DNA of 44,080 nt. It comes from a virus (lineage: Duplodnaviria; Heunggongvirae; Uroviricota; Caudoviricetes). Position 1 is the stretch's first letter. Every line of letters begins with the position of its first letter. The stretch lies in the IMG/VR virus record IMGVR_UViG_2609460218_000014, positions 1 through 44,080 of that record; one strand, written 5' to 3'. Of this stretch, positions 23,691-35,265 are shown piece after piece. The notes under the pieces are model-generated. The model worked only from the letters and a program-made list of their open reading frames with translations. It was not told the DNA's origin and made no database searches. Made by a program: the position numbers and the translations under genes.

Positions 23691-24195
23691 GAAGGACTTT
23701 CCAGGAAAAACTATATTTTGAATATTTGAGCCTAAAAAATGGACACCCTTGCGCTACGCGCCGCTAGGCAGGGAAAGTGGTTTTCATAACATGTATTTAA
23801 CAATCGCATTCCCATTCGGAACCAGCGGGCCGGAATGATCCTGATACAGGCGTTCAGCATGGAGTGAGAATCAACGTTTTTTGATGCCCTACTGACCCCA
23901 GATTAATCTTTGGTCGGTAGCGGGAAGCCTTCGTTCTGGTCAGGGTAATGTCAGGGTGATGCTTACGTTTTATGACTATTTTAGTTAGCAATAGTTAGCA
24001 ACCTACTCAAATCAAAACTTCTCAAAGTTAATTCCTAAAACGAAAAAGCCCCCACATTTCTGTAGGGGCCGTTTCGTCATTCTGCGCTTGATGGTCGGAA
24101 GGATGGCCGACAAATATATACTATCTCTTTATGTACTCACGAACCAGTACGATAGTACAATAAGCCGTCAATTCTTCAAAATGATGGTGATAGCG

Positions 24196-24588
24196 ATGAA
24201 CGAAGTAGATTCAATTCTGGCCGAGCAGAAAAGAGCCGCAGAACAACGCCGCTTGGCTAATGAGAAGAAGCGCCATCCATCCGGCCTGTACGCCGTTGGT
24301 GATGGGTGGTATGTGAAGCAAATCGAAGAGCTTCACTCCCCGCTTGGTCTTAGCAAGGTGGTTCTGGTAAGCCCTGATGATGTTTGTGTGAGATATCAGC
24401 GCCAATATGGCAAAGCACTCACCACTGACAAATTGAAGGAATGGAGCAGGGACGGGAACTTCCCTTTGCCGCGCTCTATTAATGGGGTTATCGGTTGGGA
24501 ATCGAATGTTGTGACCAATGGCCTGAATGAACTGAGCAAAGCAGCCGGTCGAGGTTATACCAGTATTACACGAGGGTTCGCACGATGA
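24196..24588 (+). CDS. Hypothetical protein (track ORF 24088..24588, 166 aa; likely start at MNEVD giving about 130 aa), first gene of cargo cassette
   Basis: Protein-like composition; SD-like ggtgat upstream of the internal ATG; stop overlaps the next ORF start (ATGA). No family recognised. Confidence 0.5.
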   Translation: MNEVDSILAEQKRAAEQRRLANEKKRHPSGLYAVGDGWYVKQIEELHSPLGLSKVVLVSPDDVCVRYQRQYGKALTTDKLKEWSRDGNFPLPRSINGVIGWESNVVTNGLNELSKAAGRGYTSITRGFAR

Positions 24589-24782
24589 GCAAAGAATCTG
24601 TAATGGCGGCATTGAGAAAGGCGCGTGAAGGCAATATCTTTGGCGGTACTGGTCAGGCCGAATTTAACAAAAATTTTTACGCTGGCCGCGTCACCAAAAC
24701 AGATGGTGTTAGTAAGACCGACAGTAACGAGCCGATGAACCAAAAGGCATTTAATGCCCGGTTCTATGCGGGGAAATCATGA
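24585..24782 (+). CDS. Hypothetical small protein (65 aa) with internal duplicated N-x-x-F-Y-A-G-[RK] motif
   Basis: ATGA overlap with the upstream ORF and SD gaggg; NKNFYAGRV and NARFYAGKS repeat within the protein. Confidence 0.5.
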   Translation: MSKESVMAALRKAREGNIFGGTGQAEFNKNFYAGRVTKTDGVSKTDSNEPMNQKAFNARFYAGKS

Positions 24783-24841
24783 CTGAGGCATATGCGCTCT
24801 GTGTGATGCTGTACTGCTACCTGATGCTTATCTGCCCGTAA
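24779..24841 (+). CDS. Possible 20-aa hydrophobic Cys-rich peptide (MTEAYALCVMLYCYLMLICP)
   Basis: Start overlaps the ORF65 stop (ATGA), SD-like gggga upstream, followed by a hairpin terminator. Too short for any compositional statistics. Confidence 0.3.
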   Translation: MTEAYALCVMLYCYLMLICP

Positions 24842-24860
24842 CCTTCCCTCACTGCCAAGC

Positions 24861-24884
24861 GCCGCCGAAAGGCGGTTTCTTTTG
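24861..24884 (+). terminator. Putative short intrinsic terminator/attenuator after the coupled ORFs
   Basis: ccgcc-gaaa-ggcgg (GNRA-type loop) followed by tttcttttg. Confidence 0.4.
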
Positions 24885-24901
24885 ACCTGATGGAGTCTGT
24901 C

Positions 24902-25183
24902 ATGCTGAATGTGAACCGCTTGCCCAACAGCACCCGCCTACAGATTGCCGCCGCTATTGCTGAAGAGGTTTACGCGCTGGATCTGGATGATGAGGCGTTA
25001 ATTCATGAGCTGCGTCGTTATGGATTCAGCCAGGCTTATGCGGAAGCAATGACTTTCAGATTTATGACGCCAGCCTTTGAAATCGCAGATCCACGGCGCG
25101 AACGTAAAACAAAAATGCCAGCGCCCACCTCTCANCCCGAATGGGTTTTTGTTGATAATGTTTTAATGAAGATCACGGCGTGA
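24902..25183 (+). CDS. Hypothetical protein (track ORF 24890..25183, 97 aa; likely start at MLNVNRL)
   Basis: SD ggag 9 nt upstream of the second ATG; contains one N; last ORF before the island's right end. No family recognised. Confidence 0.5.
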   Translation: MLNVNRLPNSTRLQIAAAIAEEVYALDLDDEALIHELRRYGFSQAYAEAMTFRFMTPAFEIADPRRERKTKMPAPTSXPEWVFVDNVLMKITA

Positions 25184-25382
25184 CTTACACAAAATTACAA
25201 TTGGTCATAAATCACACAATAAAAATTGTAATCCCTGTAAATCCATGTACCCATACGTGTACACAAGCAAAACAAGAAAAACAAAAATCATTTAAATATC
25301 AATACATATAACCCACAATTCAATATTCAGATTCAATATTGAGTAACTCGTAACACTAATTCTTACTTTTCAGCCTTCACAA

Positions 25383-25416
25383 ATGCCGCCCACTCAAACA
25401 GAGCGGCATTTTTCTT
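25383..25416 (+). terminator. Putative intrinsic terminator near the right end of the island
   Basis: atgccgc-(13-nt loop)-gcggcat followed by tttttct. Confidence 0.4.
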
Positions 25417-25503
25417 CCCCGCAACTTCAATTCTGTTTTGCGTGCCTGCTCCAGATTTTGCGATGTTTTTTTGCCCAGCACACTGAGAACGTGAGATACT
25501 CAC

Positions 25504-25523
25504 AACTGTATATAAATACAGTT
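25504..25523 (+). promoter_or_regulatory. LexA (SOS) box in the dinD promoter
   Basis: aactgtatataaatacagtt, a perfect palindrome matching the CTGT-N8-ACAG LexA consensus, about 45 bp upstream of the dinD start. Confidence 0.85.
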
Positions 25524-25566
25524 ACAGATTTACTTTCTTTGCAATCGATATCACATGGAGTGGGCA

Positions 25567-26391
25567 ATGAACGAACATCATCAACCTTTTGAAGAAATAC
25601 GGCATTATGGCACTGAAGGGCAAGAATTTTGGTCAGCTAGAGAATTGGCACCGTTACTGGATTATCGGGACTGGCGCAATTTTCAAAAGGTACTGGCCCG
25701 CGCGACTCAAGCGTGCGAAGCCAGCAATCAAGCTGCATCTGACCATTTCGTTGAAACCACCAAAATGGTTGTATTAGGTTCAGGGGCTCAACGAGAACTT
25801 GAAGATGTTCATCTCTCCCGCTATGCCTGTTACCTGGTAGTACAAAACGGCGACCCTGCGAAACCGGTTATTGCGGCAGGGCAAACTTATTTTGCTATCC
25901 AGACCCGACGGCAGGAGCTGGCTGACGATGAAGCTTTCAGGCAACTTCGTGAAGACGAAAAGCGTCTTTTTCTGAGAAATGAATTGAAAGAACATAACAA
26001 ACAATTGGTTGAGGCAGCGCAGCAAGCTGGGGGAGCGACAGCTATCGATTTCGCCATATTTCAGAATCATGGTTACCGGGGGCTGTATGGTGGATTAGAT
26101 CAGAAAGCTATTCATCAGCGGAAGGGGCTGAAAAAGAATCAGAAGATCCTGGATCATATGGGTTCAACAGAACTGGCGGCTAATCTCTTTCGAGCTACCC
26201 AAACAGAAGAAAAACTCAAGCGGGATGGCGTGAATTCAAAACAGCAAGCAAACACCACACACTTTGACGTGGGTCGCAAGGTGAGGCAAACCATTCAGGA
26301 ACTTGGCGGAACCATGCCTGAGGAGTTGCCGACCCCGCAGGTCAGCATCAAGCAGTTGGAAAACAGTGTAAAAATTACAGAGAAGAAATAG
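25567..26391 (+). CDS. dinD: DNA damage-inducible protein D
   Basis: Track ORF 25555..26391; MNEHHQPFEEIRHYGTEGQEFWSARELAPLLDYRDWRNF... matches DinD as recalled; LexA box upstream. Confidence 0.9.
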   Translation: MNEHHQPFEEIRHYGTEGQEFWSARELAPLLDYRDWRNFQKVLARATQACEASNQAASDHFVETTKMVVLGSGAQRELEDVHLSRYACYLVVQNGDPAKPVIAAGQTYFAIQTRRQELADDEAFRQLREDEKRLFLRNELKEHNKQLVEAAQQAGGATAIDFAIFQNHGYRGLYGGLDQKAIHQRKGLKKNQKILDHMGSTELAANLFRATQTEEKLKRDGVNSKQQANTTHFDVGRKVRQTIQELGGTMPEELPTPQVSIKQLENSVKITEKK

Positions 26392-26681
26392 CAGAAACTA
26401 AAAACTCTTTTTGTTGATTGAGACACCCGATGCGTAAGCCAAGGTCCAGGTGCAGTGAACACAATGGCTAAATATTGCACCTTTCTTTTCCCCCCTCAGT
26501 TTTAACCTATTTTTTCTTATGCATTTTCTCAGACAAGAAGTCAGAAGAATGCATCTCTGCTACAGAAAATAGCGATTTCACATAACTACAAGTTATCAAT
26601 TTCCCCTCACCTTAAAAAATCTCAATCGTGACAATGCGCACAAATCGCTACCCTGCCAGACAGATTTTTAGGGAGAGAACC

Positions 26682-29858
<3,177 letters not shown>

Positions 29859-29912
29859 ACCTGATTTCAGTATCATGCCCAGTCATTTCTTCACCTGTGG
29901 AGCTTTTTAAGT

Positions 29913-30188
29913 ATGGCACGCGTAACTGTTCAGGACGCTGTAGAGAAAATTGGTAACCGTTTTGACCTGGTACTGGTCGCCGCGCGTCGCGCTCGTCAGA
30001 TGCAGGTAGGCGGAAAGGATCCGCTGGTACCGGAAGAAAACGATAAAACCACTGTAATCGCGCTGCGCGAAATCGAAGAAGGTCTGATCAACAACCAGAT
30101 CCTCGACGTTCGCGAACGCCAGGAACAGCAAGAGCAGGAAGCCGCTGAATTACAAGCCGTTACCGCTATTGCTGAAGGTCGTCGTTAA
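29913..30188 (+). CDS. rpoZ: RNA polymerase omega subunit
   Basis: 91 aa, [31 protein letters not shown]... Confidence 0.95.
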
Positions 30189-30206
30189 TCACAAAGCGGG
30201 TCGCCC

Positions 30207-32315
30207 TTGTATCTGTTTGAAAGCCTGAATCAACTGATTCAAACCTACCTGCCGGAAGACCAAATCAAGCGTCTGCGGCAGGCGTATCTCGTTGCACGTG
30301 ATGCTCACGAGGGGCAAACACGTTCAAGCGGTGAACCCTATATCACGCACCCGGTAGCGGTTGCCTGCATTCTGGCCGAGATGAAACTCGACTATGAAAC
30401 GCTGATGGCGGCGCTGCTGCATGACGTGATTGAAGATACTCCCGCCACCTACCAGGATATGGAACAGCTTTTTGGTAAAAGCGTCGCCGAGCTGGTAGAG
30501 GGGGTGTCGAAACTTGATAAACTCAAGTTCCGCGATAAGAAAGAGGCGCAGGCCGAAAACTTTCGCAAGATGATTATGGCGATGGTGCAGGATATCCGCG
30601 TCATCCTCATCAAACTTGCCGACCGTACCCACAACATGCGCACGCTGGGCTCACTTCGCCCGGACAAACGTCGCCGCATCGCCCGTGAAACTCTCGAAAT
30701 TTACAGCCCGCTGGCGCACCGTTTAGGTATCCACCACATTAAAACCGAACTCGAAGAGCTGGGTTTTGAGGCGCTGTATCCCAATCGTTACCGCGTAATT
30801 AAAGAAGTGGTGAAAGCCGCGCGCGGCAACCGTAAAGAGATGATCCAAAAAATCCTCTCTGAAATCGAAGGGCGTTTGCAGGAAGCGGGAATACCGTGCC
30901 GCGTCAGTGGTCGCGAAAAGCATCTTTATTCGATTTACTGCAAAATGGTGCTCAAAGAGCAGCGTTTTCACTCAATCATGGACATCTACGCTTTCCGCGT
31001 GATCGTCAATGATTCTGACACCTGTTATCGCGTGCTGGGCCAGATGCACAGCCTGTACAAGCCGCGTCCGGGCCGCGTGAAAGACTATATCGCCATTCCA
31101 AAAGCGAACGGCTATCAGTCGTTGCACACCTCGATGATTGGCCCGCACGGCGTGCCGGTTGAGGTCCAGATCCGTACCGAAGATATGGATCAGATGGCGG
31201 AGATGGGTGTTGCCGCGCACTGGGCTTATAAAGAGCACGGCGAAACCAGTACTACCGCACAAATCCGCGCCCAGCGCTGGATGCAAAGCCTGCTGGAGCT
31301 GCAACAGAGCGCCGGTAGTTCGTTTGAATTTATCGAGAGCGTTAAATCCGATCTCTTCCCGGATGAGATTTACGTTTTCACACCGGAAGGGCGCATTGTC
31401 GAGCTGCCTGCCGGTGCAACGCCCGTCGACTTCGCTTATGCAGTGCATACCGATATCGGTCATGCCTGCGTGGGCGCACGCGTTGACCGCCAGCCTTACC
31501 CGCTGTCGCAGCCGCTTACCAGCGGTCAAACCGTTGAAATCATTACCGCTCCGGGCGCTCGCCCGAATGCCGCTTGGCTGAACTTTGTCGTTAGCTCGAA
31601 AGCGCGCGCCAAAATTCGTCAGTTGCTGAAAAACCTCAAGCGTGATGATTCTGTAAGCCTGGGCCGTCGTCTGCTCAACCATGCTTTGGGTGGTAGCCGT
31701 AAGCTGAATGAAATCCCGCAGGAAAATATTCAGCGCGAGCTGGATCGCATGAAGCTGGCAACGCTTGACGATCTGCTGGCAGAAATCGGACTTGGTAACG
31801 CAATGAGCGTGGTGGTCGCGAAAAATCTGCAACATGGGGACGCCTCCATTCCACCGGCAACCCAAAGCCACGGACATCTGCCCATTAAAGGTGCCGATGG
31901 CGTGCTGATCACCTTTGCGAAATGCTGCCGCCCTATTCCTGGCGACCCGATTATCGCCCACGTCAGCCCCGGTAAAGGTCTGGTGATCCACCATGAATCC
32001 TGCCGTAATATCCGTGGCTACCAGAAAGAGCCAGAGAAGTTTATGGCTGTGGAATGGGATAAAGAGACGGCGCAGGAGTTCATCACCGAAATCAAGGTGG
32101 AGATGTTCAATCATCAGGGTGCGCTGGCAAACCTGACGGCGGCAATTAACACCACGACTTCGAATATTCAAAGTTTGAATACGGAAGAGAAAGATGGTCG
32201 CGTCTACAGCGCCTTTATTCGTCTGACCGCTCGTGACCGTGTGCATCTGGCGAATATCATGCGCAAAATCCGCGTGATGCCAGACGTGATTAAAGTCACC
32301 CGAAACCGAAATTAA
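30207..32315 (+). CDS. spoT: Bifunctional (p)ppGpp synthetase/hydrolase
   Basis: 702 aa; HD domain (HDVIEDT), RelA/SpoT synthetase, TGS and ACT regions; starts at a TTG (LYLFESLNQ...) as known for spoT. Confidence 0.95.
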   Translation: MYLFESLNQLIQTYLPEDQIKRLRQAYLVARDAHEGQTRSSGEPYITHPVAVACILAEMKLDYETLMAALLHDVIEDTPATYQDMEQLFGKSVAELVEGVSKLDKLKFRDKKEAQAENFRKMIMAMVQDIRVILIKLADRTHNMRTLGSLRPDKRRRIARETLEIYSPLAHRLGIHHIKTELEELGFEALYPNRYRVIKEVVKAARGNRKEMIQKILSEIEGRLQEAGIPCRVSGREKHLYSIYCKMVLKEQRFHSIMDIYAFRVIVNDSDTCYRVLGQMHSLYKPRPGRVKDYIAIPKANGYQSLHTSMIGPHGVPVEVQIRTEDMDQMAEMGVAAHWAYKEHGETSTTAQIRAQRWMQSLLELQQSAGSSFEFIESVKSDLFPDEIYVFTPEGRIVELPAGATPVDFAYAVHTDIGHACVGARVDRQPYPLSQPLTSGQTVEIITAPGARPNAAWLNFVVSSKARAKIRQLLKNLKRDDSVSLGRRLLNHALGGSRKLNEIPQENIQRELDRMKLATLDDLLAEIGLGNAMSVVVAKNLQHGDASIPPATQSHGHLPIKGADGVLITFAKCCRPIPGDPIIAHVSPGKGLVIHHESCRNIRGYQKEPEKFMAVEWDKETAQEFITEIKVEMFNHQGALANLTAAINTTTSNIQSLNTEEKDGRVYSAFIRLTARDRVHLANIMRKIRVMPDVIKVTRNRN

Positions 32316-32321
32316 TGTTTT

Positions 32322-33010
32322 ATGAACCCAACACGTTATGCACGCATCTGCGAAATGCTCGCCAGGCGGCAGCCTGATCTGACCGTCTGCATGGAGCAGG
32401 TCCACAAACCTCATAACGTTTCTGCGATTATTCGTACCGCAGATGCCGTTGGCGTACATGAAGTTCACGCCGTCTGGCCTGGTAGCCGCATGCGCACCAT
32501 GGCTTCGGCAGCGGCGGGTAGTAACAGCTGGGTACAGGTGAAAACACACCGCACCATTGGCGATGCCGTCGCTCATCTCAAAGGCCAGGGCATGCAGATT
32601 CTGGCAACCCATCTTTCTGATAACGCTGTCGATTTCCGCGAAATTGATTACACTCGCCCGACCTGCATTTTGATGGGACAGGAGAAAACGGGCATCACGC
32701 AGGAAGCATTGGCCCTGGCGGATCAGGACATCATCATTCCGATGATCGGCATGGTGCAGTCGCTGAATGTTTCCGTTGCCTCAGCCTCATTCTTTACGAA
32801 GCCCAGCGTCAGCGGCAAAATGCAGGCATGTACCTGCGTGAAAACAGCATGTTGCCGGAAGCAGAGCAACAACGCCTGTTGTTTGAAGGCGGCTATCCGG
32901 TGCTGGCGAAAGTCGCAAAACGCAAAGGCCTGCCTTATCCCCACGTCAATCAGCAAGGCGAGATCGAAGCTGATGCCGACTGGTGGGCTACTATGCAGGC
33001 TGCAGGGTAA
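32322..33010 (+). CDS. trmH: tRNA (Gm18) 2'-O-methyltransferase; C-terminal third out of frame (apparent frameshift near 32790)
   Basis: Track ORF 32322..33080 matches TrmH for about 155 aa then diverges; the true C-terminus (...YLRENSMLPEAEQQRLLFEGGYPVLAKVAKRKGLPYPHVNQ...) is in the separate track ORF 32828..33010. Probable sequencing error. Confidence 0.8.
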
Positions 33011-33015
33011 GTGCC

Positions 33016-35097
33016 ATGAAAGGTCGCCTGTTAGATGCTGTCCCACTCAGTTCCCTAACGGGCGTTGGCGCAGCACTTAGTAACAAACTGGCGAAAATCA
33101 ACCTGCATACCGTGCAGGATCTACTCTTACACCTTCCCCTGCGCTACGAAGATCGCACCCATCTCTACCCCATCGGAGAACTACTGCCGGGCGTTTATGC
33201 CACGGTGGAAGGCGAAGTGCTGAACTGCAATATCTCCTTCGGCGGTCGGCGGATGATGACCTGCCAGATCAGCGACGGTTCCGACATCCTCACCATGCGC
33301 TTTTTCAATTTCAGCGCGGCAATGAAAAATAGCCTGGCGGCGGGCCGCCGTGTACTGGCTTATGGCGAAGCAAAGCGCGGTAAATATGGTGCGGAGATGA
33401 TCCACCCGGAATACCGCGTGCAGGGCGATCTCAGCACGCCAGAATTACAGGAAACGCTCACGCCGGTTTATCCAACAACGGAAGGCGTAAAGCAGGCCAC
33501 GCTGCGTAAATTAACCGACCAGGCGCTGGATCTGCTCGACACCTGCGCCATTGAAGAACTCCTGCCGCCGGAACTGTCACAAGGAATGATGACGCTACCG
33601 GAAGCGTTGCGCACTTTGCACCGCCCGCCACCGACGCTACAGCTTAGCGATCTGGAAACCGGGCAGCATCCGGCGCAACGTCGTCTGATTCTGGAAGAAC
33701 TGCTGGCGCACAACCTCAGCATGTTAGCCTTACGTGCCGGAGCACAGCGTTTTCATGCCCAGCCGCTGAGCGCCAATGACACGCTGAAAAATAAACTCCT
33801 CGCCGCCTTACCGTTCAAGCCAACGGGCGCACAGGCACGCGTAGTGGCGGAGATCGAGCGCGATATGGCGCTGGATGTGCCGATGATGCGTCTGGTGCAG
33901 GGCGATGTAGGTTCCGGTAAAACGCTGGTCGCCGCCCTCGCCGCGTTGCGTGCGATTGCCCACGGCAAACAGGTAGCATTGATGGCACCAACCGAATTAC
34001 TCGCCGAGCAGCACGCCAATAACTTCCGCAACTGGTTTGCACCGCTCGGTATCGAAGTGGGCTGGCTCGCCGGTAAGCAGAAAGGTAAAGCACGGCTGGC
34101 ACAGCAGGAAGCCATCGCCAGCGGTCAGGTGCAGATGATTGTCGGTACACACGCCATCTTCCAGGAACAGGTGCAGTTTAACGGCCTGGCGCTGGTGATT
34201 ATCGACGAACAGCATCGTTTTGGCGTGCATCAGCGTCTGGCATTGTGGGAGAAAGGCCAGCAGCAGGGCTTCCATCCGCATCAGTTGATCATGACCGCCA
34301 CGCCGATCCCCCGCACGCTGGCAATGACTGCGTATGCCGATCTCGATACCTCGGTGATAGATGAGCTGCCGCCAGGCCGCACGCCAGTGACTACGGTCGC
34401 TATTCCTGATACCCGCCGTACCGACATCATTGACCGCGTGCACCACGCCTGCATAACTGAAGGTCGTCAGGCATACTGGGTTTGTACGTTGATTGAAGAG
34501 TCGGAATTGCTGGAAGCGCAGGCGGCGGAAGCTACCTGGGAAGAGTTGAAACTGGCGCTACCAGAGTTGAACGTTGGCCTGGTACACGGGCGGATGAAAC
34601 CTGCCGAGAAACAGGCGGTGATGGCGTCGTTTAAACAAGGTGAGCTACACCTGCTGGTTGCCACAACCGTTATTGAAGTCGGCGTTGATGTGCCTAACGC
34701 CAGTCTGATGATTATCGAAAACCCGGAGCGTCTGGGTCTGGCGCAGTTACACCAGCTGCGCGGGCGCGTAGGTCGTGGCGCGGTGGCTTCTCACTGCGTG
34801 CTGCTCTACAAAACGCCGCTTTCTAAAACGGCGCAAATTCGCCTGCAAGTGCTGCGCGACAGTAACGACGGTTTTGTGATTGCGCAAAAAGATCTGGAGA
34901 TTCGCGGCCCTGGCGAATTGTTAGGCACGCGTCAGACGGGTAATGCTGAATTTAAAGTGGCGGATTTACTGCGCGATCAGGCGATGATCCCGGAAGTTCA
35001 GCGCCTGGCACGCCATATTCACGAACGTTACCCACAACAGGCAAAAGCCCTGATAGAACGCTGGATGCCGGAGACGGAACGTTACTCGAATGCGTAA
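33016..35097 (+). CDS. recG: ATP-dependent DNA helicase RecG
   Basis: Track ORF 32983..35097; MKGRLLDAVPLSSLTGVGAALSNKLAKI..., Walker A GDVGSGKT, DEQH box. Confidence 0.95.
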   Translation: MKGRLLDAVPLSSLTGVGAALSNKLAKINLHTVQDLLLHLPLRYEDRTHLYPIGELLPGVYATVEGEVLNCNISFGGRRMMTCQISDGSDILTMRFFNFSAAMKNSLAAGRRVLAYGEAKRGKYGAEMIHPEYRVQGDLSTPELQETLTPVYPTTEGVKQATLRKLTDQALDLLDTCAIEELLPPELSQGMMTLPEALRTLHRPPPTLQLSDLETGQHPAQRRLILEELLAHNLSMLALRAGAQRFHAQPLSANDTLKNKLLAALPFKPTGAQARVVAEIERDMALDVPMMRLVQGDVGSGKTLVAALAALRAIAHGKQVALMAPTELLAEQHANNFRNWFAPLGIEVGWLAGKQKGKARLAQQEAIASGQVQMIVGTHAIFQEQVQFNGLALVIIDEQHRFGVHQRLALWEKGQQQGFHPHQLIMTATPIPRTLAMTAYADLDTSVIDELPPGRTPVTTVAIPDTRRTDIIDRVHHACITEGRQAYWVCTLIEESELLEAQAAEATWEELKLALPELNVGLVHGRMKPAEKQAVMASFKQGELHLLVATTVIEVGVDVPNASLMIIENPERLGLAQLHQLRGRVGRGAVASHCVLLYKTPLSKTAQIRLQVLRDSNDGFVIAQKDLEIRGPGELLGTRQTGNAEFKVADLLRDQAMIPEVQRLARHIHERYPQQAKALIERWMPETERYSNA

Positions 35098-35143
35098 AAG
35101 GCGGCAGTGAGAAGACCGCCATTTCAGGTTACCCTACCTTCCT

Positions 35144-35223
35144 GCCGGATGCGATTCATCACCCTACAAATTCAATAAATTATGAATCAATACGCAGGCT
35201 TGATAAGCGAAGCGTATCAGGCA
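35144..35223. repeat. REP-like extragenic palindromic elements between recG and gltS
   Basis: gccggatgcg...cctac and ggcttgataagcgaagcgtatcaggc resemble E. coli REP/BIME units; intergenic between convergent genes. Confidence 0.45.
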
Positions 35224-35265
35224 TTTGTCTTTGTTGCGGCGGCACTTCTACCGCCGCTTCATCGG

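Larger units (their letters stand above)
19031..25420 (+). mobile_element. Integrated compact satellite-like island (int, orf179, alpA, Zn-ribbon primase-like, SF3 helicase, iteron ori, small cargo cassette); boundaries approximate
   Basis: Block of phage-satellite hallmark genes in one orientation, inserted between yicC and dinD, which are adjacent in E. coli K-12 as I recall. Integrase starts about 175 bp past the yicC stop, the usual geometry for P4-family integrases beside their att core. Confidence 0.8.

Noticed and set aside
24211-24612. 133-aa minus-strand ORF overlapping the first cargo ORF
   Set aside because: The plus-strand frame has the protein-like composition and the translational-coupling signals; the minus-strand translation is Cys/Pro-rich with no SD. 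Kept as unlikely.
25383-25592. 69-aa plus-strand ORF spanning the island-dinD junction
   Set aside because: Covers a terminator hairpin, the dinD promoter and the LexA box; no SD; overlaps the dinD start out of frame.
30972-32612. 546-aa minus-strand ORF (and several shorter ones) antisense to spoT
   Set aside because: Lies entirely within the well-supported spoT coding sequence on the opposite strand; odd composition (Arg/Ala/His/Cys-rich); typical GC-rich antisense artefact.
33181-34664. Multiple minus-strand ORFs (74-149 aa) antisense to recG
   Set aside because: Overlap the confidently identified recG; low-complexity Arg/Ala/Ser-rich translations; no start or SD context.
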